From Octopus sinensis (lineage: Eukaryota): a DNA stretch of 64,000 bases. Shown here in pieces: positions 22,314-36,100 of this stretch (positions are counted from its first letter, which is position 1; every line of letters starts with the position of its first letter). The notes under the pieces are model-generated. The model was given only the letters and a program-made list of their open reading frames with translations. It had not been told where the DNA came from and did no database searches. The stretch is taken from the NCBI RefSeq assembly GCF_006345805.1, contig NC_042997.1, positions 53,320,001 through 53,384,000 of the forward strand, read 5' to 3'. Both the position numbers and the translations under genes were made by a program.

Positions 22314-25300
22314 CTAAAAAACAAAAAAACAAAAAGTTTAGAAAAATTTATATACAGAATACAAACACACACACAAATATATATAGAAAGGGAGAGAGCA
22401 ATTTCAAATGAAATATTAATTTATCCTATGAGAACTTATTTCAATAGCTGGCTTTCATTGACATGGAGAAAGCCCTAGACCAGGTCTCCTGATCCCTTAT
22501 CTGGTGGTCAATGGGGAAACTAGGGATAGATGAGTGGTTAGTGAGAGCTGTACAAGCCATGTACAAAGATGTGGTCAGTATGGTGAGGGTGGCAATGAGT
22601 ATAGTGAAGAATTCCAGGTAAGGGTAGGGGTCCACCAAGGATCAGTCCTCAGCCCCCTTTTATCATAGTCCTCCAGGCAATAACAGAGGAGTTCAAGACA
22701 GGATGTCCCAGGGAGCTTCCCTAACCCTAACCTTGCACTAATAACTGAGTCACTATCAGAACTAGAGAAGTTTCAGGTGTGGAAGCAAGGTCTAGAATTG
22801 AAGGGCCTTAGAGTCAATCTAGCAAAAGTCTTAATAAGTAAGAAGGAAGACAAATCACAAATCCCTGCTCGATCTGCAGAAAAGGTGTGGGTAGAAACTC
22901 CATAAGATGTACCCAGTGTAAGCTATGGACACATAAGAGGTGCAGCGATATTAAGAGAAGGCTAACTGGGAAGATAGTTTTTGTGTGTGGCAAATGTTCA
23001 GGGGCAATAAACACTGAAAATGTGCAGAAAACAGCTTCCGTCACATGCCAGGGAGAAACGCCAGAAGTAGTTGATAGCTTTCATTACCAAGGTGACCAAG
23101 TCAGTAGCAGGGGTGGATACTCTAAGAGTCTAGCTGCTAGAATAAGAATAGCCTGGGTAAAGTTCAGAGAGCTCCTACCTCCGCTGGTAACAAAGGGCCT
23201 CGCGCTCAGAGTGAAGGTAGACTGTATGACACATGTGCGAACAGCTATGCTACATGTGCCGTGACTGCTGAGGACATGTGCAAGCTTGCAAGGAATGAGG
23301 CTAGTATGCTCTGCTGGATGTGCAATGTCAGTGTGCATACATGACAGAGTGTAAGCACCCCAAGAGAAAAGTTGGACATAAGAAGCATCAGACGTGGTAT
23401 GCAAGAGAGACAACTGTGCAGGTATGGTCATGTGTTGCATATGGATGAGGAAAGCTGTGTGAAAAAGTGTCACACCCAAGCAGTAGAGGGAACCTGTGGA
23501 AGAGATAGACCCAGAAAGACCTGGAATGAGGTGGTGAAGCATGATCTTCAAACGTTGGGCCTTATGGAAGCGATGACAATGGACCGAGATCTTTGGAGAT
23601 ATGCTGTGCTTGAGAAGACCTGGCAAGCCAAGTGAGACCGTAACTGTGACCTATGCCAGTGCAGCATACCCTTCAATCATTGGACAATAAACTGCACTTA
23701 CGAAGACCTGTTGAATAAAGTGAATTGTTGTGGCTGATGACAGTACCACGTGATTGGCACCCATGCCAGTGGCACATAAAAGGCACCATTTGAGGTTGAT
23801 CGATGCCAGTGTTGGCTGACTGGTTCTGTGCCGGTGGCATGTAAAAAGCACCATTCAAGCATGGTCGTTGACAGTGTTGCCTGACTGGCTCGCATGCCGG
23901 TGGCACATAAAAAGCACCATTTAAGTGTGGTCGATGCCAGTACCACATGACTGGCCCTCATGCCGATGGCATGTAAAAAGCACCCACTACACTCTTCAGA
24001 GGGCATCCAGCTGTAGAAACTCTGCTAGATCAGACGAGCCTGGTGCAGCCTTCTGGCTTGCCAGCCCTCAGTCAAACCGTCCAACACATGCCAGCATGGA
24101 AAGCTGACGTTAAACGACAATGATGATAATGATGACTTGAAATACAAGTTAAAAAAATTCTATTTAAACAAATATCTTTCTTTTACTTGTTTCAGCACTA
24201 GACTGTGGCCATGTTGGGGTACTATCTTGTTGGACAAATTAACCTTGGTACTTACAATATCTTTTCAAGTCAAGTAGTTATCTACATGTCACTGGCACAG
24301 GTGAACTCAACAATACATTATTTTATTAGTACCAACCTGAGGAGTATGTGGCAATGTTAGAACACAACCTATACGTATTCAAATAAGAAACAAAATATAC
24401 AGTTATAAATCACAATAATTTTGTTAAAAAATGATGCATATTAATTGGTAAGTCACCTCATCTTCAGGTGTAAGTTTATCACTTTTTTCCCAGGTGATGT
24501 ATTTAACTCCCCGGAGATGAGAGAGGTCTTTGTAACAAAATTCATCCTCACAATTATACCTGAAAGAAAGAAAAAAGTATTATTAAAAAAATGTAAACTG
24601 AATTAAGTGCAAAAATACATAAAGTCCAATTCATTGCAATTTCTCTGAAAGAACAAAAATAAACTGTATCAAATTTTAAGCTATACTCTTTACTCTTTTA
24701 CTTGTTTCAGTCAGTTGACTGCGGCCATGCTGAAACACCGCCTTTAATCGAGCAACTTGACCTCGGGATTTATTCTTTTGTAAGCCCAGTACTTATTCTA
24801 TCGGTCTCTTTTGCCAAACCGCTAAGTAACGGGGACATAAACACACCAGCATCGGTTGTCAAGCAATTCTAGGGGGACAAACACAGACATACAAACACAC
24901 ACACGCATATATATATATATATACATATATACGACTGGCTTTCAGTTTCCGTCTACCAAATCCACTCACAAGGCTTTGGTCAGCCCGAGGCTATAGTAGA
25001 AGACACTTGCCCAAGGTGTCACGTAGTGGGACTGAACCCGGAACCATGTGGTTGGTAAACAAGCTACCTACCACACAGTCACTCCTGCGCCTATGTTTGA
25101 ATTTCTAATACAATGAAGATACAATGATGATATGCTAGATACTGGTTTCAAATTTTTGGCACAAGGCCAATGATATGTTAAATATTAATGTAGAAATAGA
25201 ATCAGATATCATTATCCTCATTTAATGTCCATTGTCCATGCTGACATGGGTTGGACAGTTTGACCGGGGCTCGCAAGCTGGAAGGTTGCACCAGGCTCCA

Positions 25301-28031
25301 GTTTGATTTGGCACAGTTTCTATGGCTGGATGCCCTTCCTAACACTAACCACACTGTAACGGGTACTTTTACGTGCCATTTGTGTGACACCAGTATCTGC
25401 CACATCTGCAATTTAACTTGACTTTATGGGTCTTCTCAAGCACATGATGCCAAATGTTTCATTATATTGGCCAAGAGGTCTATGTGGTTTTTTAAGTGAA
25501 AATAAAAAACAAGTTTTAAATGCAAAGCAATTTCTTCAATCAATAATATAATAATCGTTCTGTTGCAGTATCTTCAGTCGTCTTGCATGCAGATCCATTA
25601 TTCCTAGCTCAAAGAATGTCCAACCTTTACTAGCTAAAAAAGCTTTTATAGGTGAATTTTTACATCCTTTACAGAATTAAAAGTCTGTTCATTTAATGAA
25701 TTTTTAAGAGAGAGAAATAGGTGGAAATCTGAAGGCACAAAGTCAAGCAAATATGGAAAGTGTGGCAAAACTTTCCACCTAAGCTCCGGCAACTTCTGAC
25801 ACAAAGAAGTGTGCAATCTTGAATTGTTGTGATGAAAGACAAAGCCCTTATGTGTTATACCCTACTGGTGGATTGCTACATTTAATTTGTCCAGCTGGTC
25901 ACAATACACATTGAAATTGATGGTTAACCTATTTCAATTGATGTGGGAGCCAAACATTGAGCCTTCTAACACAACCAAGTTAATGCAGATGGCTTTCAAT
26001 ATTTGATTTGGATATTTGGAGAGTATATCTGATCGTCCTGGTTATATATATTCATTTAGTTGCTGTTAATCTCAGCTGGCCAGCCAGAGCCAGCTGCATT
26101 TTGAACTGAAAAATTTCCTGATTGAAATCTTGAAAACTGCTTCTTGCACACACATTTCATAACAGCTTCCCTTCCCTTCATAAATCTTCCTGCAGAAGTC
26201 AAATGCTTTCTTGCCTTTTTTAAAAATAAAAAAAAAAAGCATGAGGTACTAATAATGCTCATTTTGGTTCTCCAGAATACAAAATACAACTTGTTTCATA
26301 GCAAGTTCATATCAAGCTACATCAAAGTGTCATGTATCTAATGAATGTGTATGTGCAAAGGACTGAAGTTCACTACATTTTGGAGTGTTTCAAGTTTAGT
26401 GTCAACAAAAACTGAACAGACTTTTTGACCAAACCAATATTTGTGTTTAGATCTTAGGTTGTGAACTGGCAGAATTGCAATAGAAAGTGCAACTATTCGG
26501 ACTAATTGCTTTCTGGGACAGAATACTTTGAGATATTTGCTATGGCCTTCAGTGCTCTCATTTCGAACCCAGCCAAGGTAAACTTTTATTTTTATCTTTT
26601 CAGGATTGATAAAATAAAGTACTAGCACAAGGTGAAGGACTGATTAAATTCTTATGGCACTTGTGCTTGATTCTTTGTGGTCCTAGGTAATAAATCTAAT
26701 TTCTCACAAAGTTTGTTTGCCCTAGTTGAACTTTTTAGTTGCAAGTAGTCAGGCTTGAGGCAAGTATTTGGTTTAAAGATAACTTTTTCTTGTTCTCACA
26801 TCAATCTCAGGTGCAGCAAAAATAAAAGATCATGGAAACTGCTCTTCCTTCCCTAAGGGGTGAAAAAATTTTTTTTTTTTTAACTGAAGCATAAGGCCAT
26901 AAATTTTGTGGGAGAGGACAGTCAGCTATACCAATCTCATCAGACTACTAAAGCTTATTTTTATAGCCTCTGAAAAGGAAAAAGATAAAGTTGACCATGG
27001 TAAGATTTGATCTCTCAATGCAAGGAGATGAAACTAAATATTCACAAGGAATTTTCTATCTGATATCTTACTCATTCTGCCAATGCTCTGCCATTGATGT
27101 GATTATATGATACTAGTAGATTCCAAGTTATAAGCATCTGATACAGTTTTTATCAGCTCTCCTCTTGTTATCTTTTGTAAATGACTGAAAAATGAGAACA
27201 GTAGCAGATAAATGGCATCAATTATACAGCCCTGACAAACTAATGTTATCAAAACCAGCAATTTGAATATAAAAGAAAAAGAAAATATGCCCTCTTTGAC
27301 CCAGAAAACAATTAGTCAAAATAAGTGCTTCTATAGCAAGATTTGTAATACTATATCAATGAACTTTAATAGTATTAAACAAAGTAACATGAATAAATGA
27401 ATGAATGAATGGATAAGAATTAGACTTACAATTCAAACAAAACAGCCCAGTCAGGTAAGAATAGGACATGTGTCAGACCAGCTCCATGCATACCAATGAA
27501 AATATCACTGTTGTGAGAAATCTATAAAAACAAAATTAAAATTTGTTTCTTTAATGCATAGTTAATTTAGTGCTAAATGCAGTGAATATTAAAAAGCTAA
27601 TTAGAAACAATTATTCTGTGAGGAAAGGATGATATTAGTCAATGACAAATATCCTCCTTCATATTAATTTCATTATTCTGGCAAGTGCAATAGACAACTG
27701 TGGACATGTTTTGGTCTTATTAGACCTCCTCAGTAAAGCATAGACTTCTTTGTACATACTGAAGTAGTGAGGAAAGAAACCATGCCAAAGCTGACATTGG
27801 AGCTCAAAACAGCTCTGTAGTATGCTGGATCTTGTTAAATGACAATGATGATGGTGATTGTATGCATGTGTGTGTGCATGCGGTAAGAAGCTTGTTTTCC
27901 AACCACATAGTTCTGGGTTCAGTCCCGCTGCATGGCACCTTCAGCAAGTGTCTTCCACTATAGCCTTCGGCTGATCAAAGCCTTGTGAGTGGATTTGGTG
28001 GATGGAAACTGAAAGAAGCCTATTGTGTGTG

Positions 28032-28087
<56 letters not shown>

Positions 28088-31000
28088 GTGTGTGTGTCTT
28101 ATTAGACCTCCTCAGTAAAGCATAGACTTCTTTGTACATACTGAAGTAGTGAGGAAAGAAACCATGCCAAAGCTGACATTGGAGCTCAAAACAGCTCTGT
28201 AGTATGCTGGATCTTGTTAAATGACAATGATGATGGTGATTGTATGCATGTGTGTGTGCATGCGGTAAGAAGCTTGTATGTGTGTCCTTGTTTGTCCCCT
28301 CTATGTTTAGCCCCTTGTGGGTAGTAAAGAAATAGGTATTTCGTCTGTTGTCACATTCTGAGTTCAAATTCTGCCAAGGTCAACTTTGCCTTTCATCCTT
28401 TCAGGATCAATAAAATAAGTACCAGTTGAGTACTGGGGTCGATGTAATCGACTAGCCCTCTCACCTAAAATTTTAGGGCATTTGCCAATAGTAAGGGGTT
28501 AAAGCAGCAAGCTGGCAAAACCATTAGCATGCTGGGTGAAATGGTTAGCGATATTTTGTCAGTCGCTATGTTCTGAGTTCAAATTCCACCATGATCGACT
28601 TTGCCTTTCATCCTTTAGGGGTTGATAAATTAAGTACTAGTTGAATCGGAATCGATCAACATCAATGGAAATTGCTGCTGTTATACCAGTGCCGGTGGTA
28701 CGTAAGAGAACCATCCGAACGTGGCTGTTGCCAGCGCTGCCCCGACTGGCCTCGTGCCGGTGGCACGTAAAAAGCACCATCTGATTGTGGCCGTTGCCAG
28801 CCTCGCCTGGCCCCCATGCCGGTGGCACATAAAAAGCACCATCCTATCGTGGCCATTTGCTAGCCTCGCCTGGCCCCCATGCCGGTGGCACGTAAAGAGC
28901 ACCCACTACACTCACAGAGTGGTTGGCGTTAGGAAGGGCATCCAGCCGTAGAAACATTGCCAGATCAGACTGGGCCTGGTGCAGCCTTCTGGCTTCCCAG
29001 ACCCCAGTTGAACCGTCCAACCCATGCTAGCATGGAAAGCGGACGTTAAACGATGATGATGATGATGATGATATACATGCGTGTGTGTGTCTTTGTGTCT
29101 GTCTCCTAATCATTGCTTGACAGCTGGTATCAGTGTGTTTACATCCCTGTAACTTAGTGGTTTGGCAAAAGAGACCAATAGAATGAGTAATAAGCTTAAG
29201 AAATAAGTCCTAGGGTCAATTTGTTTGACTAAAACACTTCAAGGCGGTGCTCCAGCATGGCTACAGTCAAATGACTGAAACAAGTAAAAGAATAAAAGAA
29301 TGTATGTGTATGTGTGTATGTTTGTATATATGTATACATCATCATATATGCATACAAGCATAGTTGAAATTTATAGAAAAACAAGAGGAAGACAGGTGTA
29401 TGAACAACAAACAGGTGTATTAGTTTGACACTTGGGAAAATGAGAACTTCTTTTATGTTTTGAGCCTATGCTCTTCAACAGAAAGGAATAAGATAAAATA
29501 AACAGAAAGAAAATTAAAAAAAAACTTGAGGATTTAGTGATCAAGCATGGTGACTGGTTGGGAACAAAAAGGTTTGACAGGAGAGATAGAAAGAAAGGAA
29601 GATGATAAAGTATTGGTGATCCCCAAACGAAGGTGTGTGTGTGTTGTGTGGGTGGAGTGGGTATCAATGAAGAAAGAAGGTGGGTAGGAGTGAAGAGAGG
29701 AAGTAGGTGTTAGATGAAGAGAGAAGGAAAGTTAAGCCCATGTGGTGCAAAAGAGCGAAGAAAGATTAATTCCTGTTCACGGCAAAGGCAGGAGTCTGGA
29801 TGGCCCCTGTGCAAAGACAGTCTGAACACAGACAGGTGTTGTAGTGAATGACTGGTAAAGCGGAAATAGCGTGAGACTGGGTTGTCATTGCCGAGTCTGA
29901 TATCTTGGAGGTGCTCTGGAAACCAGTTAGCCAAGCAGCATCTCATTTGACCAATGTACAGAGAAGGGCAGAAAGAGCATAAGATGCAGTAAATATATAT
30001 ATGGTGAGATTCTTTCAGATTTCATCTATCAGATCCACTCACATTGTTTTGGTCAGCTCAAGGCTATAGTAGAAGACACTTGACCAAAGCGCCAAGCAGT
30101 AGAACTGAAACTGAAACCATGAGGTTGAGAATCAAACTTCTTATCCACATAGCTATGTAATTAAAAAACCGAACAGCTCTGTCGCATGACTTTTAGAAGC
30201 AACCTTTTGTTTTGAGGCCCAATCCTTTCAATCAAAATTCATAATCCATGCATCTTTTATTCATAGCTATATTTTACTTTATTCTATCTGAAGCTCATTA
30301 TTTCACATTATCCTAATGAAGATCTTTAAATGTACAAGTTAAATTTATTTTGGTCTATTACAAATTTCCATGTATGAATAAAAGAGTACTTTTATAATCC
30401 AGGCAACTTTCAACAACAAACATGGTGCACTTTTTGCTTCGCGAGCTGAGATTTAGGATTGGTTAGCATATAAGGAAATAGATCATGTTCAATAGATATC
30501 ATAGACAATCCATAAAGTCTGGTACATGTTCGTGGCGCAATGTACTATTTTTACAAGAACTTTTACTGGTGCAAAGTATTACCACTTTATTTCTTGAAAT
30601 TTTCAGTTAACAAAGATAGTTTAACTCTTGTTCAACGTCTTAACCAAAGAAATAGATGACCCATCTATGTACTTTTATCTTAACATGAGGCCCCCTCAAC
30701 TATAGAGGGCTCCTGTGACTGCAGGGGTTGCAGGAGCTTCGTGATGGCCCTGATTATGAAATAGATATTAGCATTTACTTTTCAGCCAATGTTGCTACCA
30801 ACTGTGCCTTGCTTAAAGTAAGTCTAAGTATGCACATATATATTTCATTGTTCAACTGAATAAAAAATTTCATAAGAACTTTTCAGAAGCTTACTCTTAG
30901 TTGGTCATAAAATGACATTTTTCTGAAATGAAAAAGAAAAACTGCTGTTAAGAAAGAAAAAAACAAAACAAAACTTCACATAAAATTTTCCACATATTAA

Positions 31001-33086
31001 TCTAAGTTTAAACTAATTTTTAACTTTCATATATTTACTTACACACACACACACACAATATATAAAAATATTTCAGCCAGATTTTTTGAACAGACACAGA
31101 GTATCTCTAATTGACAGAAAAGGCCGTTTATAAATCCTACTATTTATCAAAGTTCTTCAGTGATTCCTCACACAATTTAATGACCATTATAGTATCCATT
31201 ACTTTGGAATTTATCACTTGAAAGGGATACAAACAATTCTTTTAGGCTAAACTTAACAATGGTTCAAAATGTAAACTAAGAGAATGAATTTTTTCATACT
31301 TCTTTAACACATGTGCTTAATAAGCATAAGCTTATTCTTTTCCAGAAAATTAAAAATATTTTCACAAAACAGTCTGTTATTTGTATTGTTATTTTTCAGG
31401 ATGGTCATTTTTTTCTTTTTTTCCTTGCCAAATAAACACACATACTATATATTCATTCTTCACTTGTTGTTCTTGTTTTATGCCCATTGCCTGGAAATCT
31501 GTCGTCACACATCCTGTGATCTCTTCAATGTCTCTCCTGTTCTGTTTAGTCCAGAATGGGAAGAGACACATAGGAAGGAGGGCAGCTGAAGAGGCCACAG
31601 GATGTGAAGCAAAAGATCTCCAGACAAAGGACATAAAACAAGAACAATAATAAACAAGTGAAGAACAAATATGTAGTGCATGTGTTTATTTGGCAGGCAA
31701 AAAAAAAAACAAAAAAAACTATCCTGAATATAACAGTATCTATTTCAACACACAATTTCACATCAGGAATCTTGCAAAACAAATACATAAACATAAAAAT
31801 CTATCACTTAGTATAACTAAAAGAAAAAAAAATCTTATCAGATCAGATTATATATTTCTCTAGAATAAGTTTATTTATTCAGCTAATAAGAAAATTGATC
31901 ATTAGTCTAACTATGTGGAATCTCAGATTTTAACTCAGTTATTCTATTGATTATCTTTAGATTTGTTTTGTGGTTTGGTAGCATAAGAAATTTTTGCTAT
32001 CCATTAACTATTTCCAAATTTACAAACTAAAAAGACAGTTAATTTATGGAGAGTGAAATAGATTTTAATTTGCAAGATGTTTGTTTCAGCAAAACTATAA
32101 TCCAAAATTCACTGGTATTTCACTGGATAATTTCAAATCTAACATGAAATTCCTCAATTAGCTAGTTAAAACAGGTATGTATTTGAGAATATCTATAAAC
32201 TCAGTGTGTTATTCAAGGCAAAATATAGCTCCCACTAATCAAATGATATACAAACTGGAACCTAAGAATATCTAGCTTTTAATCCAACTTCCTAATTTCA
32301 TTATATTGAGTTTCATTGAATTCAGGATTATATGATGTGATAGTAGTAAAAAGGAAAAAACATACCTAAAATTGTAATCCACAACCTCAACTTCAAATTC
32401 AGTGATTGTCTTCAAAGCGTTTACAAGCTAATAAGGAAAATAAAACATTTTATAGTCTGGAAGGTTTTAATAAAAAAAATATAAAAACTCCTTGAAATCA
32501 ATAAGTATGAGCTAAATATTATATAGGATATAGATTTAAAATATGATATGTACAATAACTACTAATTTTGCATAAATTGAAACATGATAAATATATTAAT
32601 GCAAATATTTTATCAAATATTATATAATATTCAAAATATCAGTTCTGTGGAAATTATTACAGTTAAGCAACAAAGTCTTTTATGAAGATATATAATGGCA
32701 GTCATGGCCCATGCTTCACTGCCATGTAGTATGGCTGGTCGTACACATGCATCATACAGTCTACATTTTACTCTGAGTGAGAGGCCCTTTGTCACCAGCA
32801 TAGGTAGGAGCTCTCTGAACTTTGCTCAGGCTATTCTTATTCGAGCAGCTATACTTTCAGAGAACCCACCCCCACTACTGACTTGTTCATCTAGGTAACG
32901 GAAGCTATCAACTACTTGTAGTTTTTCTCCCTGGAATGTGGCGGAAGTTGTTCTCTACATATTTTCAGTGTTTATTGCCACATACAAAGACTATCTTCCC
33001 AGTTAGCCTTCCTTTGATATTGCTGCGCCTCTTATGTGTCCATAGCTTACACTGGGTACATCTTATAGAGATTCTACCTATGCCTT

Positions 33087-33127
<41 letters not shown>

Positions 33128-36100
33128 TCTCTTCACTAAATTCCCTCACATGGTGTTGGTTGGTCCTGGATTATAGTGAATGACTTACTCAAAATGTCAT
33201 TCAGTGCAACTGAATCCAAAAGCATGAGATTGCAGAGAGAGAGAGAGCAAATACTTTGACCACACAGTCAGACATGGCTGTGCCTATATGTATTAAAAAA
33301 AAATTGGAAAGATTTTAAGTTTCTTTGTTTGAAAAACCATTATCATACTTACTTCCTCTTCATTTAAAATTCTACGATATGTTGTACTTCGAGTAAGCAC
33401 TGTAACTCTTATTTTATGTAGCTGTAAAATAAAAGAAAAAGATAATTTGAGTTTAGTATAGTTTCAACATGTCAAAGTGACAGCTCTACAATTCAGTGAT
33501 ATATCAAATTAAAAGTGCTTACAAGTGGTCCTTCTTGAGATATGTTGAGACGGTGAAGGATATGTTGAGAGAAAGCCCGGAAATAACCACTTTTTTCACA
33601 GCCAGGTACCTTAAAATATTAGAATAATCCATAACAATAGATAAAGTAACATTTTTAGTGTAAAAGCACTTGAAAAAAGATTTGTACTCAGTAGCTCCAT
33701 AAAAGTATTTCCTTAAAAATTTTTGTGGGTGTATTTTTAACAAACTAACAAAAATGCACAACCAGTGTCTTTCAATAAACTTAGGAAATAAAATTTTTGT
33801 GGGCGTATTTCTAACAAAAATGCACAACCAGTGTCTTTCAATAAACTTAGAAAATAATAAAAAATTTGGAGGGATTTAAAAAATAACTGTTTTTATTATT
33901 AATCTGACATTTGGAACTTAAACAATTCTTATATAAAATCATGATGGGACAGCTTAATTTAAATATGAATACTTTTAAATTTAAATATGAATACTTTTAG
34001 TTAGCTGTGGTAGTCTCAAGCAGGTTTGTATTAAACGAGTTAACATAATACTATATTTTAAGTCATTCTCTGATGTGATATAGTCAACCGATCGATTCTT
34101 TATGGTTAGATGTATCCATTAATGGATAATCAGTTCTGTCATGGTAATCTGTCAGTGACTGTGATATAAATTTTCTGACAACATAGTGTATCTTCAAATT
34201 TTCTTTTAAAATCATAATTTATCAAGTTTTCTGTTGCCTGCAACTTCAGAAACTTCACAGGTAGTCAGAAAATGATTTCAAAAAATCACAATATGGATGG
34301 GAGTGGGGAAGGCCAGCACAAAGACACACACACACACATACATATATATTGTATTGGGTTGAAGAATAATTCATGAGTGTTTTTTTTTCAAATTTAGAAA
34401 TGCATTGGCAAAATGTTTTATGTTATTTGGAAGAGAATTTTTTGCTCTACAAGATAGTAATTTATTGATTTTTGTGTATTTTCAGATCCTTAAAATGGAA
34501 TGTCAAGTGGACAAGACTGAGCATTTTTGACACCATTTGCTTTTTGCATTTAATCGAGGTGTTAAGGCCACTGAAGCTGCTCGTGATACTTGTGCTATGT
34601 AAGGAGAAGGAGCAATTCCTCAAAGTACTGCCCACTGTTGTTTCCAACAGTTAAGTAATTGTTGTTACACAACAGACATTCAGTTTTGAAAAAGTTATTC
34701 TTAATAATCCATGTAAGCATTAGAAAAGAGAAAAATTATTCCTTATAAATAGCATCCAGGAAAATTCCCAAAGGATACCATGAAATACAGTGCATGTGAT
34801 GAAACAAGAAGCTTTTAAAGTCTAGAAGTTCAGAAAGTGACTTTCTAACCAACCCATGCTAGCAATAACAAGAGATATTTTTAAAAAATCATTAAAATTC
34901 TAATATTTTAAACAATAGAAAATAGCAACTTACCAATGGCATGTTATAATACATCCCACTTCTCATACGAGGCAGAAATGAAAACACTGCATCTTTAAAA
35001 CACACCTTTAAATTAAAATAAACAAAAAATAATATCAGTCATTGATTAATATTTTTTCCATCACTGTATTATTATTTCCAATTAGCTTGTTAGTGTTCTC
35101 AGCATCAGCCCTTTATCATTTAAACCAACCATATCTGCTCAAAATATTTTCTCTGGTTTATGTTAAAACTGGCTAGATCCAACCTTTCACACCTACACTA
35201 CAATGTCATCCTAAAATTAAACAATCACATCATCAAAACCTTGAAGGTACAAGATAATGCATAAATTAGTTCAAAACAATGTGAATAAATAAGCATTACA
35301 TGTGACAGAGTAATCTGAATGTTAAAAGGTTAAATTTATTAACACTAACTTAACTAACAAACTGTTAAGCTGGTATCTTCAGTGTTTTAGATTACTATAT
35401 ATATTGAAGATTAGAATTAACAAAAACAACAGTTGCAAATATAATCAATTAGTCAAATATATTTTGATTTTCACCATCAACCTATTTGTCTTTCTTTCCA
35501 GAAAAAAAGTCCTTTGTGAAAGGCACTCAGGACAATAATTAACACATGTACTGTAGTAAACAGAAAAGAGTATGCTAAGAAATACTTATGTAGTGAAGAA
35601 AAGACAACATTAGCTTAATGACTAACAGTATTTTTAGTAATTTTGGTATGAGGTTACAACTGACAACTCTGCTTGCATTTCATATTTATTAGAGCTCCTC
35701 AGTGGATAATAAATGTAGTGATGAGAGAAGCACTAAGCAGATGTACAATATTGTACAGGAGCAGCTGTGAAAATATAACTTATTTTAAGAAATATATCAC
35801 TAAAGTTAACTACAGAGAGATGCCATTGTAGGTTGAAGTATTTAGGAATCAGTCCCAGATTTGCCATAGTCTCTGCTTTGGCAGGATATCACTTGTTTAG
35901 GTAGAACAATTGAAGGTTTTTTCTTTTGTTAAAAACAGACACACAAAGCAGCATACTTTATGGTGTTGCTGCTATGAATTTAAAAAAGAAGCTCAAATCA
36001 CAAAAGTATCAGAATCTTTATTTTGACATTCATCTTTCTATGCTCACTTTGGTTGAAGAGAATTCATTGAAACAGATTTTCTACAGCTGGATGTCCTTCT

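Noticed and set aside
23734-23760. Other CTGATGA occurrences (1164, 4533, 21276, 23734, 56536, 61295)
   Set aside because: No adjoining stem II/GAAA or stem I/III geometry.
28688-28910. CRISPR-like array of hairpin repeats
   Set aside because: Spacers are homologous to each other, the array is part of a dispersed retroposon 3' end, the context is eukaryotic and there are no cas genes.
31311-31794. Pairs of similar ORFs on opposite strands
   Set aside because: Artefact of the palindromic element.
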